DNA of 64,000 bases from a virus: the IMG/VR virus record IMGVR_UViG_3300031521_000029, positions 1 through 64,000 of that record. One strand, 5' to 3'. A program made the translations under genes and the position numbers. The notes below the pieces were generated by a model that did not search any database, was not told the origin of the DNA, and saw only the letters and a program-made list of their open reading frames with translations. This document shows positions 47,752 through 56,423 of the stretch, piece after piece (position 1 is the first letter of the stretch; the number at the start of each line of letters is the position of its first letter).

Positions 47752-48141
47752 TTATCCTTTTAATAGCATCTTCTTAGTCATTACATCAGAGTATGTAACT
47801 CTATTTTCAACAGGACTATCAATCACTCCCAACTTTTGTTTTAACATTGCCAATGCAGCTATGGGAGACATTTTTCCACAATTAAATCCAACAATCCCAT
47901 ACTTTAAACAAAAATCTTCAAGAGTTTTAATATCTTTTTCTAAATAGTTTTGTTTTGGTGTAGTATCAATTGACTCGCCTGAATCAGTTAGTTTCTTTTT
48001 GACCATTAATTGATGTGGGTCAAACGAACCATCTTTAGTTACTGTCGGAATTCTTTGAGAAATAACTTGTTCCATACTTGGCATAGTTGGATATGCATCA
48101 AATTCAAAATGTAACTGATTAGATTGATTAAAATCGTTCAT
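47752..48141 (-). CDS. hypothetical protein
   Basis: 129-aa ORF. Confidence 0.6.
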   Translation of the reverse strand: MNDFNQSNQLHFEFDAYPTMPSMEQVISQRIPTVTKDGSFDPHQLMVKKKLTDSGESIDTTPKQNYLEKDIKTLEDFCLKYGIVGFNCGKMSPIAALAMLKQKLGVIDSPVENRVTYSDVMTKKMLLKG

Positions 48142-48143
48142 AA

Positions 48144-49286
48144 TTAACCTTTATAACTCATTTTCTTTGGTGGATATTCGTTACCCATAGAATATGTCTT
48201 TTCTGAAACTTTTTGTTTTTTAGGAATTGGAGATTTTCCATTATATCCTGATTTTTTATCTTTAGTTTTCTTTTGGTCTTCCCAATCCCTAAACAACATA
48301 TTACCTAACAAATATGCTTGTTTTTCCATCTGACGCAACCAAGGATTCTTTTGAGCATATTGAGGGTCGTTAGCTCCTACCGGACTTTCTCCGACTTCAT
48401 GAAGTTTTTCATTCTCATGCTGCCAGTGATGAATTATTTCATGAGCAAATGAACGAAGAATATCTTTTTGATGACGATTGGTAACGAACAATGCAACTTC
48501 CTTTTCAGCAGGATTGTAATATGCAGTTTTGCCAAGAACTTTTTCAGCATTCTTTTCATCTGAAACTAGCTTAACACTTGGGATGGTTTTTAACTGCAAT
48601 TCTTTTTGTAAGTAAGCAAATAATTGTCCTAAATGGGTTTTGAATGTATCTAAATTTTCAGGCATCATACTCTCTATAAATAGAGAACGAGTATCGTTAC
48701 TCACACATTTAGTTTCCATTAAATCTATAATTTTATTTTTAATGTTTAATGTTTTATTATATTCAATTGCAAGATTTTTTAAATTTCTTAATTGTATGTT
48801 TGTAGGTTCATTAACATTATTAGTAACATAAATCGTAAATGGAGTTATAACTACACGCATAAACTTTAAATCATATAACATTTTATAAATTCCTAATAAC
48901 CCTTTCTCATTAGGAACATCACTATATGCGTCATATGAATCATAAGGAATATTTTTTTCATTAAAATAATCCTCTGCCCACAACTCATGTCCCTCGACAG
49001 CATGATTAAAATTTCCACTTGGGTCTAACCAATACTCGGATTCTCTTAATCTAGGTTTATCGTCATTTACTTCCCAAAGACCTTTGAACAAATCTTTAGA
49101 TTGTGTAGGAATATCAGAATGACCAACGTAGCCACCTTCACGTTCCTCCATAGGAATCGTAGATGGTACTGGCTTTACTTCATATGGAACCGAATCATCA
49201 AAATAATCACTAAAACTAAGCCCTTCCCGTTGTAACATTATACGTCGGTATTCACTTAGTTTTTTTTGTGATATATTTTTGTCCAC
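48144..49286 (-). CDS. modular protein with C-terminal zinc metallopeptidase-like domain
   Basis: GKTAYY...DILRSFAHEIIHHWQH...ME.QA. Confidence 0.75.
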   Translation of the reverse strand: MDKNISQKKLSEYRRIMLQREGLSFSDYFDDSVPYEVKPVPSTIPMEEREGGYVGHSDIPTQSKDLFKGLWEVNDDKPRLRESEYWLDPSGNFNHAVEGHELWAEDYFNEKNIPYDSYDAYSDVPNEKGLLGIYKMLYDLKFMRVVITPFTIYVTNNVNEPTNIQLRNLKNLAIEYNKTLNIKNKIIDLMETKCVSNDTRSLFIESMMPENLDTFKTHLGQLFAYLQKELQLKTIPSVKLVSDEKNAEKVLGKTAYYNPAEKEVALFVTNRHQKDILRSFAHEIIHHWQHENEKLHEVGESPVGANDPQYAQKNPWLRQMEKQAYLLGNMLFRDWEDQKKTKDKKSGYNGKSPIPKKQKVSEKTYSMGNEYPPKKMSYKG

Positions 49287-49291
49287 ATGTA

Positions 49292-50806
49292 TTAAGATTT
49301 CTTCTTATGAACTCCGCTGGTGGTTTTCTTTGCCTTTTTATGTTTTAGGCTTTGAGAAAAGGTAGATTTCTTGGATTTTTGTCCCTTTGCAATTGTCTTT
49401 GCAACTTTACTTACGCCTTCATCCAAATCGTCGGCCCAACGGGTTTTTGGGTCTTGTTTATAATTACCGTGATTAGCTGTTCTATAAGAACTATGTTGAG
49501 TTGCTCCGATACCAGCCTCACTAACTTGTGGGTCATATTGATTGGTTCTAGCAGTATCATCTCCAGTTACTTTGTATTGTCTTGGTTGAACCGTTTTATA
49601 AGATGGCCCCATTTTCATATTAACCGTTTCATCTACGTCTTTAGTATCAGTGTGACTAAATCCATCATGACCGAAATCACCCTCTTCACCATGTTTGGAT
49701 GGACAATCGCATAAATAATTTTGTTTTCCACATCCAGGACATCTTTTATAATCATTTGGACTGGTTTCAGTTGATGCAATATCATAATCACTACGTTCTC
49801 CATCTTCATACAAATTAGGTTCTGTTCCACCTTGAGAAAGTCCATTATTTCTTTTAACTACCGACACATTATCAATCTTTTCACGAAGCGATATAAATTC
49901 CATCAATTCATCAGAAGACAAGGTACGTTGTTCATTTGCCAATTCAACATAACGTTCATTCATCTTCGTTTCTTCTTCTTCATCGTACATTTCAGTAATT
50001 TCAGGTTCATATTGATTAGTTCTGGCTGTGTCATCATCCATCACTTTGTATTGTCTTGGCTGAACTGTCTTATATGAGGCGCCCATCTTCATGTTAACTT
50101 TTTCTTCGTTGATTTTCACCCATCTACCGGACGTTTTATCATATTTGATTTCTTTCAATACGTCTTTTACAATTTTACGAATCTTCTGTTTACTTTCAGA
50201 AAGTTGTGGAGTTGCAGCAATAGTTCCTTGACTATTTGGGCCGCCTTGTTTCTGTCCTTCACCTGGAACTACTTGTCCGCCCACAGTTTTAGAAACCAAT
50301 GAGCTATCTACTGGTTTTCCACCTGCGGTAATTTGTTCTTTATCATTTGTCTGTTGAACACGGATTCCACCTTTATCTTTGTTAATGCCTCTACCGACAG
50401 TTGTCATGCCAGATTGTTCGCCTGACGCGGACGTTCCACTTAAACCACCAACATTGATAATTTTACCCATCATGATTGGTTGTCCGACATGAGGAACTGC
50501 CAATGCGCCGCCAATCGTTGGGAGGCCGCCGTTATCATCATATTCATTGCCTGGTTCTTCAACTTCGCAACCACATTCATCTATCTCTTCTTCTTCAAGG
50601 CCGGCTTTTGAAAGTTTACTATAATAGTGTGGGTCTTCTTTCAAATGGTCGCCTGCAATCTTCGCAGCCACGAATTCATCATTAGTATGTTCTTTTTCAG
50701 TTCCAATACCTTGGTTAAATTCTTTTTGGTCAACGCCTTCTGGGATAAGACGTTGAATGTCTTTCGCAGTCGCCTTTTTATTTTTGAAGAAATCTCGATA
50801 GTTCAT
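49292..50806 (-). CDS. DUF5661-like virion protein with internal repeat
   Basis: GIGTEKEHT...AAKIAGDHLKEDPHYYSKL; duplicated 32-aa peptide. Confidence 0.75.
   Translation of the reverse strand: MNYRDFFKNKKATAKDIQRLIPEGVDQKEFNQGIGTEKEHTNDEFVAAKIAGDHLKEDPHYYSKLSKAGLEEEEIDECGCEVEEPGNEYDDNGGLPTIGGALAVPHVGQPIMMGKIINVGGLSGTSASGEQSGMTTVGRGINKDKGGIRVQQTNDKEQITAGGKPVDSSLVSKTVGGQVVPGEGQKQGGPNSQGTIAATPQLSESKQKIRKIVKDVLKEIKYDKTSGRWVKINEEKVNMKMGASYKTVQPRQYKVMDDDTARTNQYEPEITEMYDEEEETKMNERYVELANEQRTLSSDELMEFISLREKIDNVSVVKRNNGLSQGGTEPNLYEDGERSDYDIASTETSPNDYKRCPGCGKQNYLCDCPSKHGEEGDFGHDGFSHTDTKDVDETVNMKMGPSYKTVQPRQYKVTGDDTARTNQYDPQVSEAGIGATQHSSYRTANHGNYKQDPKTRWADDLDEGVSKVAKTIAKGQKSKKSTFSQSLKHKKAKKTTSGVHKKKS
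49529..50098 (-). repeat. two 96-bp direct repeats (49529-49624 and 50003-50098)
   Basis: VNMKMG(A/P)SYKTVQPRQYKV(M/T)(D/G)DDTARTNQY(E/D)P; 28 of 32 aa identical. Confidence 0.9.
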
Positions 50807-50848
50807 AAAGTATAAATATTGGTTTGTATTGTTAAAATTGACAAAATG

Positions 50849-51568
50849 TTAGATTCCACTTCTCGTAGAACATCGTCTATTGGACAAGTCTTTAAAAATT
50901 TGATTTAATTCTGGAGTTGCGGCTTTTGCTGCCGTTTTCTTTCTTGCTGCAATCATTTCATCAAGAACGCTTTTTGTTTTAGAAAATGTACTTTCTTTTA
51001 CTGTTTCGTCCACCTTCATTTTTTTATCATCAATGTTTAACATATCAAGTCTACTATAATAATGTGGGTCTGTTTTCATGTTTTTTATAACAGTTTGTTT
51101 AGCTATCATTTTGTCTTTCTTCACCATGTTCCCCAGTTCATATTGAAGAGCGGACATAACTTCATCAGGAGAAGGAGTTTGTTCTTTTCCTTTAAATAAT
51201 TGGTCAACTTTAGGGTCGAGTTCTTTATCCGGGTCTAATGGCTTTTGGGATTTTTGAACATCGTAATTAGTATCGGGACTAACAGTATTTGGCTTTGTTA
51301 ATCTTACCGTATCCCCAGTATCAGGCGTTGTACTTATCGTGTTTGAGTTTCTTCCGATTCTATCAGGACGGTCGGGTGGTTGCATCATTGCAGAAGATGT
51401 GGATTCGGTATTAGAAGCCATATGGTTCGTCGTCTTATCAGATGAAGAAAATTTCGATGGGTCTTGTGTACTACTATTTGGCGTTCCATAAGAGCCGCCA
51501 TAAGACATACCACCAGAACCACCTGGGGAACCATCAAAACTATTTTCTATAAAGATTTTTTTTGCCAT
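50849..51568 (-). CDS. DUF5661-related protein
   Basis: ALQYEL...AKQTVIKNMKTDPHYYSRL, resembling the adjacent gene's domain. Confidence 0.65.
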   Translation of the reverse strand: MAKKIFIENSFDGSPGGSGGMSYGGSYGTPNSSTQDPSKFSSSDKTTNHMASNTESTSSAMMQPPDRPDRIGRNSNTISTTPDTGDTVRLTKPNTVSPDTNYDVQKSQKPLDPDKELDPKVDQLFKGKEQTPSPDEVMSALQYELGNMVKKDKMIAKQTVIKNMKTDPHYYSRLDMLNIDDKKMKVDETVKESTFSKTKSVLDEMIAARKKTAAKAATPELNQIFKDLSNRRCSTRSGI

Positions 51569-51620
51569 ATACCACTATAAATAGTAAATGCTACTTAGAA
51601 ACCTTTAGATATAGACGCAT

Positions 51621-51649
51621 AAAAAACCGACACCATAAGATGTCGGTTT
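51621..51649 (-). terminator. intrinsic terminator
   Basis: AAAACCGACA..TGTCGGTTTT hairpin with an A/T run. Confidence 0.75.
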
Positions 51650-51655
51650 AATGTG

Positions 51656-52192
51656 TTATCTATATTCTTTTCGTAATAGTCGCCAGCGGTCGGAATCGAT
51701 TTCCTTTTCACCAGTATCGATTTTTATCAACATATTCAATATATCATCAATGTTATTATAAATATACTTATGTGGAAACATTCCCATTATCCAAAACGGA
51801 CATTTCTTTTTACCACCTTCTACAGCAATAAACGTCGGTTTCTTCATTCTTACAGCCGTTACCAACTCTTCCACTGTTCCGTATGTAGGATATGTTGGAT
51901 TAAGATATGCTACTATAAAATCAGACCTATCAACTAAATTTAAGTCATACGCTCTAATTTCTCGCATTCTTTCTTGAACTTCATCATACTTTTCACCGTC
52001 CATAAGTTCATTTATATGCTTTCTGGTAGCATCGTTTTCCTGAATATCCTTCAGAAATGGTTTATGATATGGATTGAAGACTGTCACGGCCATTTTTTCC
52101 AAAATAGGCGTTATTTTACTTCTCCAAGCCTCTCCGTTATTATACTGCATCGGCCCAGCTAAATACGTCTTCGTTCTATATAACACATTCAT
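51656..52192 (-). CDS. nucleoside 2-deoxyribosyltransferase-like protein
   Basis: YLAGPM, FNP, DL..VDRSD, GT.EE. Confidence 0.8.
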   Translation of the reverse strand: MNVLYRTKTYLAGPMQYNNGEAWRSKITPILEKMAVTVFNPYHKPFLKDIQENDATRKHINELMDGEKYDEVQERMREIRAYDLNLVDRSDFIVAYLNPTYPTYGTVEELVTAVRMKKPTFIAVEGGKKKCPFWIMGMFPHKYIYNNIDDILNMLIKIDTGEKEIDSDRWRLLRKEYR

Positions 52193-52193
52193 A

Positions 52194-52442
52194 TCAACCT
52201 TGATTTGACCTGGCCACGATTTGTATGGCAACATTATGAGCAGATGCAAACTGAAGAATTTCCTTCATTTCCAACACAGGATTATACGAACAATGAATTT
52301 CAATTGTAGGTTTCATATGCGTCGGATGCATCTCTATAAACTCTGCTCTATCGAACCATTGTTTGTTTTTATTAACATCGTAAAACTCACCCAGCAATAC
52401 ACGATGGTCGATTCTCTTTGGCATTTTTCTTGGTAATTCCAT
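52194..52442 (-). CDS. hypothetical protein
   Basis: 82-aa ORF. Confidence 0.55.
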   Translation of the reverse strand: MELPRKMPKRIDHRVLLGEFYDVNKNKQWFDRAEFIEMHPTHMKPTIEIHCSYNPVLEMKEILQFASAHNVAIQIVARSNQG

Positions 52443-52453
52443 AAACTATTCCT

Positions 52454-53422
52454 TTATTTTAAATGTTTTAGTATTTTATACATACACGCCAAAAACGTTA
52501 TGTCTCTGACTTTTGGTATAACTAACTGCATTTGCCAGTTAAGTTCACCCAATTCGTATATAATCAATGCTTCCTTACCTTTTGCGTAATCATCCACCTT
52601 ATCAAACAAGTGATGTACCACAGTTTCCAACGACGTAGCATCAAATTCCGTTGTAAGTTTTCTAATTTCGTCAAAAACACCAGCCTCATGTGGATTTTTT
52701 AACAGTTCCACCAAATTATTCAAAGAATCTACTTCAACAGCATTTTCTCTTGAAATTTTAATTTTCAGTTCTCCGGTTTCACCTTCCAATGTAGATTGTT
52801 GGGCGAAATTGATTACCTTACGTATGTCAGGATAATATGTGTTGACAATGAAGATTACATCTTCTTGTGTGAATGATACATTCTCGGTCTGTAAAATATT
52901 GACCAACTTTAACGCCACTTCCTTTTTAGAAACCGGTTTGATTTCAAACGTCTGCATTCTTGACGACAACGGAGAAATAATTTTTTCAACATAATTACAC
53001 GTCAAAATAAATCTTGTATGCGCCGAATATGTTTCGGTCATATTTCTCAAAGCCGCCTGCGCTTCTGGTGACAACCTATCTGCCTCATCGAGAATGATTA
53101 CCTTGAGAGGTTTGAAGCCCACCGAACAAGCAAAATTCTTCATTTTAACTCTAACATCCTCAACACTGTTTTCGTCCGATGCATTTATATACATTACGTC
53201 ACATGGTATTGATTTTGTTAAAAGTTTTGCTAAAGATGTTTTACCTGTTCCGGCGGGGCCGAACAGTAGAATCTGCGGAATCTCATTTTTTTTAATAAAT
53301 TGAGCAAACGTTTCCTTTACAGTTTCATTACCAATATATTCGTCCATATTAGCAGGTCGATATCGTTCAACCCACAATGAATGGTCTTTCTTTGGTTTTC
53401 TGTTCTCTTCAATAAAGTCCAT
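52454..53422 (-). CDS. clamp loader ATPase subunit (RFC-small / gp44-like)
   Basis: LWVERYRP, GPAGTGKT, INASDE, IILDEAD, AQAALR, LSSR. Confidence 0.95.
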   Translation of the reverse strand: MDFIEENRKPKKDHSLWVERYRPANMDEYIGNETVKETFAQFIKKNEIPQILLFGPAGTGKTSLAKLLTKSIPCDVMYINASDENSVEDVRVKMKNFACSVGFKPLKVIILDEADRLSPEAQAALRNMTETYSAHTRFILTCNYVEKIISPLSSRMQTFEIKPVSKKEVALKLVNILQTENVSFTQEDVIFIVNTYYPDIRKVINFAQQSTLEGETGELKIKISRENAVEVDSLNNLVELLKNPHEAGVFDEIRKLTTEFDATSLETVVHHLFDKVDDYAKGKEALIIYELGELNWQMQLVIPKVRDITFLACMYKILKHLK

Positions 53423-53436
53423 ATCGTTTGTTTATT

Positions 53437-53622
53437 TTACTTTGAGAACTTGAATTTAAGCTTACAAAGTTGAGTCTTAGACTTCAAAGAAGTCTTGACG
53501 GACTTGACCAACGACGCCATTTGATTCTTGGTACCAACCATATCAGCATATGGGCCGACCCAACGACCTTGACTTTTGTAGAACAACCCATAATACTCTT
53601 TATTTGTTTTATTTAACTTCAT
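53437..53622 (-). CDS. small basic protein
   Basis: 61-aa ORF with AAGGA SD. Confidence 0.55.
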   Translation of the reverse strand: MKLNKTNKEYYGLFYKSQGRWVGPYADMVGTKNQMASLVKSVKTSLKSKTQLCKLKFKFSK

Positions 53623-53664
53623 ATTTTTCCTTTTTGTGTGTGTGTGTTTATTTTTCCTTACAAA

Positions 53665-54426
53665 TTAATCTTCCACGTCAACTTTTACCAAATAGTATTG
53701 ACTCTTAATTCCATCCTTGTTAAATGCGACTCCTGCCAAGCCGGCATCACAAATTTGAAGAACCGAATCATCACAATCACTGTTAGCTGACAAAATTTCT
53801 TTCAAACTCTTTGCGGTAAAACTGATAGGATTCTTAATCGTATCTTTTCCTGTATTAGTTGTAACGTATTCACCGAGAGCGATACGGTCTGAGTTGCCGG
53901 TTGACTTATAACCAAACACAACATCAAGTTTTCTAGTTTTCTTACTCATCACCACCGTGAACAACGCACCGTCATCACCCAAAGCAGAAAATGCTTTGGC
54001 GAACTTATCATTAAATTCGGGGGTAAGTTTGATTTCAACATCAAACGGAGGAATGTTCTTCATGGAAGGAACTGGGTCAATTGCTGACGGTTCTGATGTA
54101 ACATAATCAACCAACATCTTTCCATCATCCACCAACACTTTACGAGCCCGTGTATTATCCTTGTCATCAACATCCAGAGTCAACGCCACGGTTTCGCCCA
54201 TCAAAGATAGCATCTTCTTCAATCTGTCTGTGGTTAGAATTCCGACGTCTTGACCACTAATAAATCCTGTTGCGGCCTTTTCTAATTGAACCGATGCGAA
54301 CAACTTCTTATCAGAAGTCATGGCAGTGACGGCCAAATCATCACCGACGTTCCTCCAGATGACAGAATTAATCGTTCCACCCAAAGTATATTTTTTAATA
54401 AATGTTTCAATTTTTTGTTTTTCCAT
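53665..54426 (-). CDS. DNA sliding clamp (gp45/PCNA-like)
   Basis: 253 aa, alternating beta/alpha pattern, ending QYYLVKV; lies between polB and the clamp loader. Confidence 0.7.
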   Translation of the reverse strand: MEKQKIETFIKKYTLGGTINSVIWRNVGDDLAVTAMTSDKKLFASVQLEKAATGFISGQDVGILTTDRLKKMLSLMGETVALTLDVDDKDNTRARKVLVDDGKMLVDYVTSEPSAIDPVPSMKNIPPFDVEIKLTPEFNDKFAKAFSALGDDGALFTVVMSKKTRKLDVVFGYKSTGNSDRIALGEYVTTNTGKDTIKNPISFTAKSLKEILSANSDCDDSVLQICDAGLAGVAFNKDGIKSQYYLVKVDVED

Positions 54427-54647
54427 AATTTTATAATCTCTCTTAATTGTTCATACACTATATCACAGTAAATTCAGAAGGTCTATTTATTTTATTTTGC
54501 AATATAATTGAACTGCATTTTTACAATACCAACACGATACAAAATTAAAATATTCTTTATATCCATTTTCTTTTAAGAGCTTAATCGATTCTTTAGTTAA
54601 AAAATGATTATTATCGGCCCCACATTTAGAACATACACCAGATGCTT

Positions 54648-55193
54648 TCATAGAAAATTTTCAAGAGTGAATTGTGGCTTTTTAGGAGCTTCGTCAGGAA
54701 GACAAAGGGTGATATCAACACCAAATTTATCAGCAAAAGGAAGAAGTTCTTTTGTAAGAATTAGTTTAATTTCATCTCGTTCTGGTACAGGTGTAAATCC
54801 TGTAACTTTTCCAAACGGCCCCCGACGTCCATTTTTTCCGCCAGGCAAAGGTAAATTAACCGATGTGATATCATTCTCAAGAATGACTAACTTTAAAGAC
54901 TTGATTGAAGATTCCAACCATTCGAGGGTACTCCAATGTCGCCAGTCGTCTTTTACTGCAAGTCCTAAAACATAATGATAGTCGGTTGTATCATCAGTAT
55001 GCCAAACATAACAATCGCCAGGACGAATTAAATGTTTTTCACATTTATCCTTGTAATCATTAAACATCTTTGGATATCTATTTTTAAATTCCAAAGCTAT
55101 ACCAGCCCCCATGACGCCAACACAATTAATTGTATTTACATACGCATCGGCAGTCAAATCAAACACTGATTTATAAACAACTTTAAAACTCAT
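54648..55193 (-). CDS. macro domain protein (DarG-like ADP-ribosyl hydrolase)
   Basis: VNTINCVGVMGAGIALEFK.RYP, K..WR..S..EW, P.PG..NG. Confidence 0.88.
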   Translation of the reverse strand: MSFKVVYKSVFDLTADAYVNTINCVGVMGAGIALEFKNRYPKMFNDYKDKCEKHLIRPGDCYVWHTDDTTDYHYVLGLAVKDDWRHWSTLEWLESSIKSLKLVILENDITSVNLPLPGGKNGRRGPFGKVTGFTPVPERDEIKLILTKELLPFADKFGVDITLCLPDEAPKKPQFTLENFL

Positions 55194-55230
55194 AACAGAT
55201 TAAAACATTATCTCTCCATTATAACAAATG

Positions 55231-55755
55231 TCAAGCATCTTTGATTTTATAATCAACATCGACCTTATGTTCCTTTAACAGAACTGATATAATGTCTATT
55301 CTCGGAATTTTATATCCGTAAGAACGAAAAGTTTTTCCATCGCTACTTCGATTTGGAATAGCGATGGGTTTTACTTTATTTTCTTTAATATATTTATCAA
55401 GAAATTTACAAAGGGATTTTGGTTCAAACCAAAAAAATACTTTATCATTCATGTAATAATACACAAAATAATCTATTTTATGTTCTTTTGAACGCCACGG
55501 GCCGCCGAGAAGTTCTTTTTCGTCCGGTAATATGGTGTTCTTTTCCATGAAAAAATTTACAGTCTTTTCCATAGAATAACTGTCAGTCTTCAATTCAACG
55601 GTTTTTCCGTTATTCAATGTAAAATCAATTTTTCGATTCTTTACACTCTTGACAGGTTCCAACGATTCATATATCTTGATGAAATCAGATTCTCCGATGT
55701 CACCAATACGCAGTTGGTCTTTAAAGTTAAAGACCTTCCCTTTTTTTTGTGTCAT
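55231..55755 (-). CDS. PD-(D/E)xK nuclease-like protein
   Basis: G.IGE..F...IDF...VELKTD...NFFME. Confidence 0.7.
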   Translation of the reverse strand: MTQKKGKVFNFKDQLRIGDIGESDFIKIYESLEPVKSVKNRKIDFTLNNGKTVELKTDSYSMEKTVNFFMEKNTILPDEKELLGGPWRSKEHKIDYFVYYYMNDKVFFWFEPKSLCKFLDKYIKENKVKPIAIPNRSSDGKTFRSYGYKIPRIDIISVLLKEHKVDVDYKIKDA

Positions 55756-55779
55756 AATGTTTTTGACCAACCTACTAAA

Positions 55780-55965
55780 TTATTTCAAAGTCTTTCCAAT
55801 GCTAGGATGTCTTTGAACTTCTTCTTGAACGAAAGCATCCAAACGTGAATTCATACGTGTTAAAAATTCACCACTTACTCTGGTAAATTTTCCAGCCCGA
55901 TTGGACTTACTAAGTTCAAGGGCCATCCGTTTAACTGCTTGTCTATTAATTAAAGGTGTATTCAT
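55780..55965 (-). CDS. histone-fold miniprotein
   Basis: LINRQAVKRM (helix 1), RVSGEF (L1), long helix 2, GKTLK (L2); no helix 3. Confidence 0.65.
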   Translation of the reverse strand: MNTPLINRQAVKRMALELSKSNRAGKFTRVSGEFLTRMNSRLDAFVQEEVQRHPSIGKTLK

Positions 55966-55996
55966 ATTTTAATGTAAATATATCAGAGTATTTTTG

Positions 55997-56419
55997 TTAG
56001 TCAACTTTATACATTTCTTTAACATAAAATCTATCGGCGTGTTCGCCTCGTTTAAAAGATAACGCCATTGCAATCAACCAACTAACATTTGGAATAATAT
56101 CCAATGGTAAAGAACAAATATAGCAAAGTGTAACTTTTTCATCAGTCATACTAATTGGCGTTTCATCACAATAACTATAGTAACAATATACTTCGTAATT
56201 TTTATCATCTGTAATTGTTGCGTACCAAGTCCAATCGGTTATGGTTAGTCCCGCCTCTTCTCTAAATTCACGTTCCATGGCATCTTTAGCAGATTCATTT
56301 AACTCAATCTTACCACCAATACCATTTAACTTGCCATTTTGCCAAGCAGGTTTTGTCTTACGAATTAACCATACACTACCATTAGTGGAAAACAAAAATC
56401 CTAATACATAACTATTCAT
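55997..56419 (-). CDS. Nudix hydrolase
   Basis: GGKIELNESAKDAMEREFREEAG Nudix box. Confidence 0.92.
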   Translation of the reverse strand: MNSYVLGFLFSTNGSVWLIRKTKPAWQNGKLNGIGGKIELNESAKDAMEREFREEAGLTITDWTWYATITDDKNYEVYCYYSYCDETPISMTDEKVTLCYICSLPLDIIPNVSWLIAMALSFKRGEHADRFYVKEMYKVD

Positions 56420-56423
56420 ATTT

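Noticed and set aside
53635-53647. (TG)6 microsatellite before a small gene
   Set aside because: Short; at most a CA-rich translational enhancer, with no evidence of phase variation.
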